From Mycolicibacterium smegmatis (GTDB lineage Bacteria > Actinomycetota > Actinomycetes > Mycobacteriales > Mycobacteriaceae), in the NCBI RefSeq assembly GCF_001457595.1, contig NZ_LN831039.1, positions 780,001-812,000 on the forward strand: DNA of 32,000 nucleotides, in the 5' to 3' direction. Both the position numbers and the translations under genes were made by a program. Positions 25,427-32,000 of this stretch are shown here, piece by piece. The notes below the pieces were generated by a model. The model was not told the DNA's origin, ran no database searches, and saw only the letters and a program-made list of their open reading frames with translations. How positions within the stretch are numbered: the first letter of the stretch is position 1; the number at the start of each line of letters is the position of its first letter.

Positions 25427-26418
25427 TGCTGCCTCCGTGCGGTGAGCATGCGCAATTGAGCGACGAGCGTGCGCCGCGCCAACTCGACCTTGAACTCGTT
25501 GCCGGGCAGAGGTTCGGCGGCGTTGAGCTCGGCGTCGGCCGCGGCGATGAACGTCTCGTCGGAGGGCTGGTCCCCGATCAGCACGCTCTCGGCGCGCCGG
25601 GCCCGCCACGGTTTGTGCGCGACCCCGCCCAGAGCGATGCGCGCCGAGGAGATCTGCCGGGTGTCGGTGAACGTGAGTTCGGCCGCGACCGACACGAGGG
25701 CGAACGCGTACGACGCCCGGTCACGCACCTTGCGGTAGTCCGACACCGCGCCGACCGGTGGTGGGGGCAATTCGACCGCCGTGATGAGTTCGGCGTGCTG
25801 CAACGTGGTGTCGCGCTGGGGTTCGTCACCGGGCAGGCGGTGGAAATCGTCGATGGGCAGGCGTCGCTGGCCGTCGGGTCCCTGCACCACCACCGTCGCG
25901 TCGAGGGCGCTCATGGCGACGGCCATGTCGGACGGGTGCACCGCGACGCAGTGTTCGGAGGCGCCGAGGATCGCGTGGTAGCGCGCGTAACCGCCGAGCG
26001 CCGCGCAACCGCTGCCCGGTTCACGCTTGTTGCACGGTGTGGTGACGTCCTGGAAGTAGACACATCGGGTGCGCTGCAACAGATTTCCCGCCGTCGTCGC
26101 CGCGTTGCGCAACTGGCCCGACGCGCCGGACAGCAACGCACGAGCCAGCACCGGGTAATGCGAGCGGATCACCGGATCGGCCGCAAGGTCGCTGTTGCGG
26201 ACGTTGGCGCCGATGCGGACCGCGCCGTCGTCGGTCACCGAGATCTGGTCGAGGTCCAGCCGGCTCACGTCGACCAGCAGATCCGGTTCGGCCACACCGA
26301 GTTTCATGTGGTCCACCAGGTTGGTGCCGCCGGCCAGATAGGCCGCGCCGGGATGCCCGGCGAGCGTGGCCACCGCGTCGGCGGGGCTGGTGGCGACGTG
26401 GTATCCGAAGGCCTTCAT
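25423..26418 (-). CDS. Xanthine dehydrogenase-family FAD-binding subunit (CoxM/PaoB-like)
   Basis: The translation [19 protein letters not shown]...[17 protein letters not shown] carries an FAD-binding PCMH-type motif. ATG at 26418 overlaps the 2Fe-2S subunit stop (ATGA). Confidence 0.88.
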   Translation of the reverse strand: MKAFGYHVATSPADAVATLAGHPGAAYLAGGTNLVDHMKLGVAEPDLLVDVSRLDLDQISVTDDGAVRIGANVRNSDLAADPVIRSHYPVLARALLSGASGQLRNAATTAGNLLQRTRCVYFQDVTTPCNKREPGSGCAALGGYARYHAILGASEHCVAVHPSDMAVAMSALDATVVVQGPDGQRRLPIDDFHRLPGDEPQRDTTLQHAELITAVELPPPPVGAVSDYRKVRDRASYAFALVSVAAELTFTDTRQISSARIALGGVAHKPWRARRAESVLIGDQPSDETFIAAADAELNAAEPLPGNEFKVELARRTLVAQLRMLTARRQQ

Positions 26419-26936
26419 CGGTTCGCCGCACGTTCGATCGCCGCGACAATGTTCGGGTACGCCGCGCAGCGGCACAGGTTGCCGCTCATGCGTTCGCGGA
26501 TCTCCCGCTCGCTGAGCACCGGGGGAGCGTCGAGGTCGTCGGCGACGAAACTCGGCGCGCCGGCCTTGACCTCATCGAACATGCCGACGGCCGAACAGAT
26601 CTGGCCGGGCGTGCAATATCCGCACTGGAAGGCATCCTCGTCGCAGAAGGCCTGCGCCACCGGATGCAGTTCGTCGTTCAGGCCGAGACCGGCCGCGGTG
26701 GTGATGCGGGCGCCGTCGGCGGCGACCGCGAAGGTCAGGCACGTCGTGACGCGACGTCCGTCGAGCAGGACGGTGCAGGACCCGCACTGGCCGTGGTCGC
26801 AACCTTTCTTCGGTGCGGTGACCTGCAGGTGTTCACGTAGCGCGTCGAGCAGCGTCACGCGGTTGTCGACGGTCAGTTCACGGCGCGCGCCGTCGACCTC
26901 GAGCGTGACGTGGGAGGTGTGATCGGGCTGGCTCAC
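26415..26936 (-). CDS. (2Fe-2S)-binding small subunit (CoxS/PaoA-like)
   Basis: Two cluster motifs are present: [12 protein letters not shown] and CGYCTPGQI...C. The protein is 173 aa with a GTG start. Confidence 0.9.
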   Translation of the reverse strand: MSQPDHTSHVTLEVDGARRELTVDNRVTLLDALREHLQVTAPKKGCDHGQCGSCTVLLDGRRVTTCLTFAVAADGARITTAAGLGLNDELHPVAQAFCDEDAFQCGYCTPGQICSAVGMFDEVKAGAPSFVADDLDAPPVLSEREIRERMSGNLCRCAAYPNIVAAIERAANR

Positions 26937-26975
26937 GCGCCGTGGGTACCCCGGCGGGCACTGCCCAAACGCCGG

Positions 26976-28211
26976 TCAGCGCGCCGGGGACGCGACAGAC
27001 GGTGTCGCCAGCACGGCGGCGATGCCCGTGGTCAACGGCACCGACAGGGCCAGCGCGATACCGCCGACGGCCGACCGGGCGACCTCGACGGCCACGTTCT
27101 CACTGGTCAGCACATCACCCAGCGACCGGTTGGCCACGCTGAACAGCAACAGCAGCGGCAACGCGCTGCCGGCGTAGGCGAGCACCAGGGTATAGACCGT
27201 GCTGGCGATGTGGTCGCGGCCCACGCGCATGGCGCCGACGAAGATGCTGCGGCGTGTGCCGCCCGCCTCGGCGAGTTCGAACACGGCCGAGGCCTGCGTG
27301 ACCGTGACGTCGTTGAGGACGCCGAGCGAGCCGATGATGAAGCCCGCGAGCAGCAGACCGGTGATGGACACATTGCCCATGTATGCCGCGACGTCATTGT
27401 TCTGGTCCTCGGCCAGACCCGTCAGGTGCGCCAATTCGATTGCCGCCCAGGACAGCAGGGCAGCCAGGAACAACGCTGTCAGGGTGCCCAGCAGGGCCGC
27501 GCTGGTCCGCAGGCTCACCCCGTGCGCCAGATAGATCACCGCGTAGAGGATCACGGCCGAGGCCACGAGTGACACCGGGACCGCCGAGGCGCCGTCGCGC
27601 AGCGCAGGGAGCAGGAACACCACCAGCACCCCGAACGCGACCACGATGCCGATCAGCGCGCGTAGACCACGCCAGCGCGCGACCGCCACGACCACCACCG
27701 CGAACACGGCCGCCAGCGCGATCAGCGGCCACGTCCGCTCGTAGTCGTAGAACGCGTAACTGGTCGCACCGCTCGCATCGACCTGGCGGCTCAACCGGAC
27801 GTCGTCGCCGGCGACCAGGTTCGGCTGACCCGGGCCGCCGCTGAACTCCAGCAGTGTCCTGGCGCCCTTGTTGGGGCCGGAATCGATGGCCACCAGGTTC
27901 TGCACGCACTGCCCGGCGTCGCCGGGCGACGACACCGGATCGGAGGTCAGCACCGCGCCCACCGAGGGACTGCCGCACGCGGTCAGCGTGCTGGACAGCA
28001 CGTGGCCGGTCTCGGTGGTCACTGCACCGCCCGCGGCGTTCTGGTACGGCAGGGGGATGTCGACCTTCTGCCGGCTCGGCCACAGCAGGGCAGCGCCCAC
28101 GATCACGACGACACCGATCGCCACCAGCAGACCGACCACGATCCTGGCGGCCAGCGGGCCGAGCGGGGACGGACCACTCAGCGAGTGCGAGTGGGAATGC
28201 GAATGCGCCAC
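26976..28211 (-). CDS. YibE/F-like polytopic membrane protein with an N-terminal (HS)4 repeat
   Basis: About 7-8 hydrophobic spans follow an N-terminal TM helix and a loop of about 110 aa, the architecture of the YibE/F family. The N-terminus reads (V)AHSHSHSHSLSG. The start lies 18 nt downstream of the aminotransferase stop. Confidence 0.7.
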   Translation of the reverse strand: MAHSHSHSHSLSGPSPLGPLAARIVVGLLVAIGVVVIVGAALLWPSRQKVDIPLPYQNAAGGAVTTETGHVLSSTLTACGSPSVGAVLTSDPVSSPGDAGQCVQNLVAIDSGPNKGARTLLEFSGGPGQPNLVAGDDVRLSRQVDASGATSYAFYDYERTWPLIALAAVFAVVVVAVARWRGLRALIGIVVAFGVLVVFLLPALRDGASAVPVSLVASAVILYAVIYLAHGVSLRTSAALLGTLTALFLAALLSWAAIELAHLTGLAEDQNNDVAAYMGNVSITGLLLAGFIIGSLGVLNDVTVTQASAVFELAEAGGTRRSIFVGAMRVGRDHIASTVYTLVLAYAGSALPLLLLFSVANRSLGDVLTSENVAVEVARSAVGGIALALSVPLTTGIAAVLATPSVASPAR

Positions 28212-28229
28212 CGGGCCAGGGTAGAGGGG

Positions 28230-29504
28230 CTACTGACGGTAGCTCGCCAGGAAGTTCCCCAGCCGCTCGATCGCCGAGGCCAGATCGCGCGCCCACGGCA
28301 ACGTCACGATGCGCAGGTGATCGGGTGTGGGCCAGTTGAACCCGGTGCCCTGGGTCAGCAGGATCTTCTCCTGCAGCAGCAGGTCGAGGACCAGCTGCTC
28401 GTCGTCGTGGATGTCGTACACCTCGGGGTCCAACCGGGGGAACGCGTACAGCGCACCGCGCGGCTTCACGCACGACACCCCGGGGATCTCGTTGAGCTTC
28501 TCCCACGCCACGTCACGCTGTTCGAGCAGCCGCCCGCCGGGCAGCACCAACGCGTCGATGCTCTGGTGTCCGCCCAGGGCCACCTGGATGGCGTGCTGCG
28601 CGGGGACATTCGGGCACAGGCGCATGTTGGCCAGCAGGCTGATGCCCTCGATGAAACTGGTGGCGTGCTCCTTGGGGCCGGTGATCACCAGCCACCCCGA
28701 CCGGTAGCCGGCCACCCGGTAGGCCTTCGACAGCCCGTTGAAAGTCAAACAGAGTAGGTCAGGCGCCAACGTCGCCAGTGAGATGTGCTTGGCGTCGTCG
28801 TAGAGGATCTTGTCGTAGATCTCGTCGGCCAGCAGCAGCAGCTGATGTTTGCGCGCCAGGTCGACGATCTGCTCGAGGGTTTCGCGGCTGTACACCGCGC
28901 CCGTCGGGTTGTTCGGGTTGATCACCACGATCGCCTTGGTGCGTTCGGTGATCTTCGATTCGATGTCGGCGACGTCGGGGTTCCAGCCCTGCGTCTCGTC
29001 GCACAGGTAGTGCACCGGGGTGCCGCCGGCCAGCGAGGTCGACGCCGTCCACAGCGGGTAGTCGGGTGCCGGGATGAGCACCTGGTCGCCGTTGTCCAGC
29101 AGCGCCTGCAGCGTCATGGTGATGAGCTCGGAGACGCCGTTGCCCAGGTAGACGTCGTCGACGTCGAACTTGGGGAAGCCCTCGACCAGCTCGTAGCGCG
29201 TGAAAACGGCGCGCCGGGCGCTGAGGATTCCCTTGGAGTCTGAATAGCCCTGCGCGGTCGGCAGGGCCTGGATGATGTCCCGCATGATGACGTCGGGGGC
29301 CTCGAACCCGAACGGCGCGGGGTTGCCGATGTTCAGCTTGAGGATGCGATGCCCTTCAGCTTCCAGCCGTGAGGCGTGCTCGTGTACCGGCCCACGGATC
29401 TCGTACAGGACGTCCTGCAGCTTCGTGGACTGGGTGAACGTCCGCGGCTTCCGGTGTTCCCCGGTGCTCTGCCACGGCAACTGGTGGGTAGTCACGCGTT
29501 CCAT
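28230..29504 (-). CDS. alaT: PLP-dependent aminotransferase, AlaA/AlaT-type alanine aminotransferase (the M. tuberculosis counterpart is annotated aspC, Rv0337c)
   Basis: It is near-collinear with E. coli AlaA: KLQDVLYEIRGPV, LKLNIGNPAPFGF, LPTAQGYSDSKG, INPNNPTGAVY, FNGLSKAYRVAGYR (PLP lysine) and CANVPAQHAIQ-type MRLCPNVPAQHAIQ. Start is ATG at 29504, with an alternative TTG at 29522. Confidence 0.9.
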   Translation of the reverse strand: MERVTTHQLPWQSTGEHRKPRTFTQSTKLQDVLYEIRGPVHEHASRLEAEGHRILKLNIGNPAPFGFEAPDVIMRDIIQALPTAQGYSDSKGILSARRAVFTRYELVEGFPKFDVDDVYLGNGVSELITMTLQALLDNGDQVLIPAPDYPLWTASTSLAGGTPVHYLCDETQGWNPDVADIESKITERTKAIVVINPNNPTGAVYSRETLEQIVDLARKHQLLLLADEIYDKILYDDAKHISLATLAPDLLCLTFNGLSKAYRVAGYRSGWLVITGPKEHATSFIEGISLLANMRLCPNVPAQHAIQVALGGHQSIDALVLPGGRLLEQRDVAWEKLNEIPGVSCVKPRGALYAFPRLDPEVYDIHDDEQLVLDLLLQEKILLTQGTGFNWPTPDHLRIVTLPWARDLASAIERLGNFLASYRQ

Positions 29505-29751
29505 GGTCTCATCGCTGTCCAATCAATTGAATTTGCCGACCATCGCATGCGCACGGGCGGACCAGACGTCGACCGTTCATTTCCCTTAACGAATCCAACC
29601 TGCCACGGGCATGCGAACCGGCTGTGTATCTGCTTGAGCAGCTCACTCCCGGCGCCTGCGCTGGGCCACGATTGCTCCCGAAAGATCGAGATGCTCCGAG
29701 TTTCCCCAGGTGAGGGGATACAAAGGCACCGAAACAACGAATGGACACAGC

Positions 29752-29988
29752 ATGAGTGAAGTGAAGAAGATCACGCGGTTCACCACGGGTGCGGCGCTGC
29801 TCGGCGGCACCGCCGCGGTGGCGTTCGGCATCATCGGGGCGACGATGGGCGCCAGTGCCGACCAGCCCTCCGTGGCGTCGGGCGGCGCCATGAAGGTCGG
29901 GGAAACCTCCACGGTGACCTACACCCCCGGAACCATCGCGCCCGTCGTCGCCAAGCCTGAGGTCAAGGCACCGCCCTACGGAGGCTGA
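29752..29988 (+). CDS. Small secreted protein (78 aa)
   Basis: The signal peptide is MSEVKKITRFTTGAALLGGTAAVAFGIIGATMGASA|DQP. A strong terminator hairpin lies 22 nt downstream. The RBS is weak, so confidence is moderate. Confidence 0.5.
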   Translation: MSEVKKITRFTTGAALLGGTAAVAFGIIGATMGASADQPSVASGGAMKVGETSTVTYTPGTIAPVVAKPEVKAPPYGG

Positions 29989-30010
29989 CAAAGCTGATTT
30001 CCTTACCGAA

Positions 30011-30049
30011 AGAAGCGGCCCCCTCCTGAATCAGGAGGGGGCCGCTTCT
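30011..30049. terminator. Bidirectional terminator hairpin between convergent genes (perfect 18-bp stem)
   Basis: AGAAGCGGCCCCCTCCTG-AAT-CAGGAGGGGGCCGCTTCT sits between the stops at 29988 (+) and 30071 (-). Confidence 0.7.
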
Positions 30050-30070
30050 CAACTACTCGACCACCGGCGG

Positions 30071-32000
30071 TCAGCGCTTACCGGGCCGCTTGGCGCCCGG
30101 CTTGATGCCGAGGCCCACCACGGGTGGTTCCGGCTTCGCGGGCTCAGCCGGCTTCTCGGCGGGCTTCTCGGGCTCCGCGGCCTGCTCGGCCGGCTTTTCG
30201 GCGGCGGGCGCCGGCGCAGCGGCAGGCTTGGCGGCCGCCTTCTTGGCACCCGGACGGCGAGCGCCCGCGGCGATGCCGAGGCCCACGACGGGCGGTTCGG
30301 GCTTGGCCGGCTCGGCCGGAGCCGCGGTTTCTGCCGGCGCCGGTGCCTCGGTCTCTGCGGCTGCGGGCTTTTCGGCCGGTGCGGCTGCGGTCTTCTTGGC
30401 GCCGGGACGCTTGGCGCCTGCCGCGAGACCCAGCCCCTTCACGGGCGCCGCCGGGGCTGCCGGGGTCGCCGACGCTTCCGGAGCCTCTGTGGCTGCGGGC
30501 TTTTCGGCCGGAGCAGCTGCCGCGGTCTTCTTGGCGCCGGGTCGCTTGGCGCCACCCGCGAGACCGAGCCCCTTGACCGGCGGAGCGTCCGAAGCCGGAG
30601 CAGCGGGTGCCTCGGCGGCCGGTGCGGCGGCCTTCTTCGCGCCGGGACGCTTGGCCCCGCCGGCCAGGCCCAGACCCTTGGCCGGGGCGGGCGCGGCGGC
30701 CGGTGCCGCAGACGCTTCCGCGGCAGGTGCGGCTTTCTTGGCGCCCGGACGCTTCGCGGCACCCGCCATGCCCAGGCCGGTGACCGGCTTGGCCTCGGCC
30801 CCACCGGCTGCCGGGGCGGCCGGGGCCTCTGCTTCGGGTGCGGCTTCCTCGACCGGGGGAGCGGCCGCTTCCGCCTTCGCTTCGGCCTCTGCCCGGGCAG
30901 CGGCGCGCTTCTCCGATTCCTTTGCCGCCGTGCCCTTTTCGGGCAGCGTGACCTTGCTGGTGTCCAGCGAGTTCAGCAGCAGCTGGGCGACGTCGAGCAC
31001 CTCGGCCTTCTCGACGTTGCGGCTGGCCGCCACGTCGTCGACACCGTCGGTGATCATCACGCGGCAGAACGGGCAGCCGGTCGCGATGGTCGAGGCCGTG
31101 TCCATGGCCTCTTCGGTGCGTTCGACGTTGACGCGCTTGCCGATGTGCTCTTCCATCCACATACGCGCACCGCCGGCGCCACAGCACAGGCCGCGGTCAG
31201 CGTGGCGCGGCATTTCCTTCAGCGTCACACCGGAGGCCTCGACCAGCTCACGCGGGGCCTCGTAAACCTTGTTGTGGCGGCCCAGGAAGCACGGGTCGTG
31301 GTAGGTGACGGGCTGGCCGTTCTGCTCGCTGACCGACTTGACCGGAACCAGCTTCTTGTCGCGGACCAGCCGGTTGAGCAGCTGCGTGTGGTGCACGACG
31401 CTGTAGTTGGCACCCAGCTGCGGGTACTCACGGCCGATCGTGTTGAAGCAGTGCGGGCACGTCACCACGATCTTGCGGTCGACCGTCTCGACGCCTTCGA
31501 ACAGTTCGTTGATGGTCTCGACGTTCTGCGCGGCCAGCTGCTGGAACAGGAACTCGTTGCCCGAGCGGCGCGCCGAGTCGCCCGTGCAGGTCTCGCCGGT
31601 GCCCAGCACCAGGAACTTCACGCCCGCGGTGGCGAGCAGTTCGGCGACGGCCTTTGTGGTCTTCTTGGCGCGGTCCTCGTAGGCGCCGGCGCAGCCGACC
31701 CAGAAGAGGTACTCGAACCCGTCGAACGAGTCGACGTCCTCGCCGTAGACCGGCACGTCGAAGTCGACCTCGTCGATCCAGTTGGTGCGGTCCTTGGCGT
31801 TCTGGCCCCAGGGGTTGCCCTTGGTCTCCAGGTTCTTGAACAGCACGCCCAGCTCACCGGGGAACTCCGACTCGACCATGACCTGGTACCGGCGCATGTC
31901 GACGATGTGGTCGATGTGCTCGATGTCCACGGGGCACTGCTCGACGCACGCACCGCAGTTGGTGCAGGACCACAGCACGTCGGGATCGATCACGCCGCCC
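30071..32000 (-). CDS. (Fe-S)-binding reductase, HdrD/GlpC-like with CCG domains (Rv0338c-like); the N-terminus lies outside the window; long Ala/Pro/Lys-rich C-terminal tail
   Basis: The 4Fe-4S motif is CTNCGACVEQCP. The CCG-domain cysteines are VTCPHCFNT...HDPCFLGR, LCCGAGG and GCPFC. The frame is open to the window edge. Confidence 0.9.
   Translation of the reverse strand, partial: GGVIDPDVLWSCTNCGACVEQCPVDIEHIDHIVDMRRYQVMVESEFPGELGVLFKNLETKGNPWGQNAKDRTNWIDEVDFDVPVYGEDVDSFDGFEYLFWVGCAGAYEDRAKKTTKAVAELLATAGVKFLVLGTGETCTGDSARRSGNEFLFQQLAAQNVETINELFEGVETVDRKIVVTCPHCFNTIGREYPQLGANYSVVHHTQLLNRLVRDKKLVPVKSVSEQNGQPVTYHDPCFLGRHNKVYEAPRELVEASGVTLKEMPRHADRGLCCGAGGARMWMEEHIGKRVNVERTEEAMDTASTIATGCPFCRVMITDGVDDVAASRNVEKAEVLDVAQLLLNSLDTSKVTLPEKGTAAKESEKRAAARAEAEAKAEAAAPPVEEAAPEAEAPAAPAAGGAEAKPVTGLGMAGAAKRPGAKKAAPAAEASAAPAAAPAPAKGLGLAGGAKRPGAKKAAAPAAEAPAAPASDAPPVKGLGLAGGAKRPGAKKTAAAAPAEKPAATEAPEASATPAAPAAPVKGLGLAAGAKRPGAKKTAAAPAEKPAAAETEAPAPAETAAPAEPAKPEPPVVGLGIAAGARRPGAKKAAAKPAAAPAPAAEKPAEQAAEPEKPAEKPAEPAKPEPPVVGLGIKPGAKRPGKR
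30074..30790 (-). repeat. Six dispersed tandem copies of a roughly 19-aa coding repeat, (V/A)(K/V/T)GLG(L/I/M)A(G/A)GAKRPGAKK(A/T)A, in the Fe-S reductase tail
   Basis: DNA copies of ...CTTCTTGGCGCCGGGACGCTTGGCGCC...GAGACC(C/G)AGCCCCTT... recur about every 100-160 nt. The last two copies also share the preceding PAEPAKPEPPVVGLGI. Confidence 0.75.

Noticed and set aside
25456-26922. A plus-strand 488-aa ORF antisense to the FAD and 2Fe-2S subunit genes.
   Set aside because: It has no motifs and a high Arg/Gly content. The opposite strand encodes two textbook subunits with coupled start and stop codons.
29523-29751. Repeated GCATGC/CACGGGC elements and the TGAGC-A-GCTCA palindrome (29635-29645) in the alaT / small-ORF divergent region, considered as a defined regulatory element.
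   Set aside because: The elements are short and not arranged as a consistent inverted or direct repeat. I could not tie them to a convincing -10/-35 pair or to an adjacent regulator gene.
30090-31265. A plus-strand 391-aa ORF and other ORFs antisense to the Fe-S reductase tail.
   Set aside because: They mirror the Ala/Pro/Lys repeat region, giving Ala/Gly/Ser-rich translations. The minus-strand frame is continuous with a recognisable Fe-S/CCG catalytic core.

Overview
This is a high-GC (about two-thirds G+C) actinobacterial chromosomal segment, most likely from a fast-growing Mycobacterium/Mycolicibacterium (M. smegmatis-like). Gene order parallels the M. tuberculosis Rv0309-Rv0338c neighbourhood: L,D-transpeptidase, tRNA-Gly(CCC)-dcd, udgA, then an AlaA/AspC-type aminotransferase followed by an Rv0338c-like Fe-S reductase. 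Accessory metabolic modules are interspersed. I call 30 protein-coding segments, 1 tRNA, several hairpin terminators and three candidate TetR promoter/operator sites. Almost every long ORF antisense to these genes is a high-GC artefact. I saw no transposase, integrase, CRISPR array, rRNA, toxin-antitoxin pair or recognisable defence system. I did not find a convincing, wholly novel multi-gene system. The observations most worth follow-up are: (1) The large subunit of a CoxSML/PaoABC-type molybdoenzyme is split into two ORFs at a GTGA stop-start overlap. A one-base insertion would rejoin them. (2) A roughly 20-nt promoter/operator motif (TAGAyTGAAC-NN-TCAGTCA) occurs in two divergent intergenic regions 5 kb apart. 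It appears to tie a CrtI-like flavoprotein, an ADP-forming acyl-CoA synthetase, a DAO-type oxidase and an acyl-CoA dehydrogenase to one TetR regulator. (3) The Fe-S reductase carries a six-fold GLG-x-A-x-GAKRPGAKK repeat tail. (4) A membrane protein with an N-terminal cytoplasmic domain and a Pro-rich/GPGRG/Trp-Asn-Gly tail sits between dcd and udgA. (5) A structured, relatively AT-rich 320-nt leader lies upstream of a Pro/Ala-rich secreted protein. All functional assignments come from motif recognition by eye; no database search was run.
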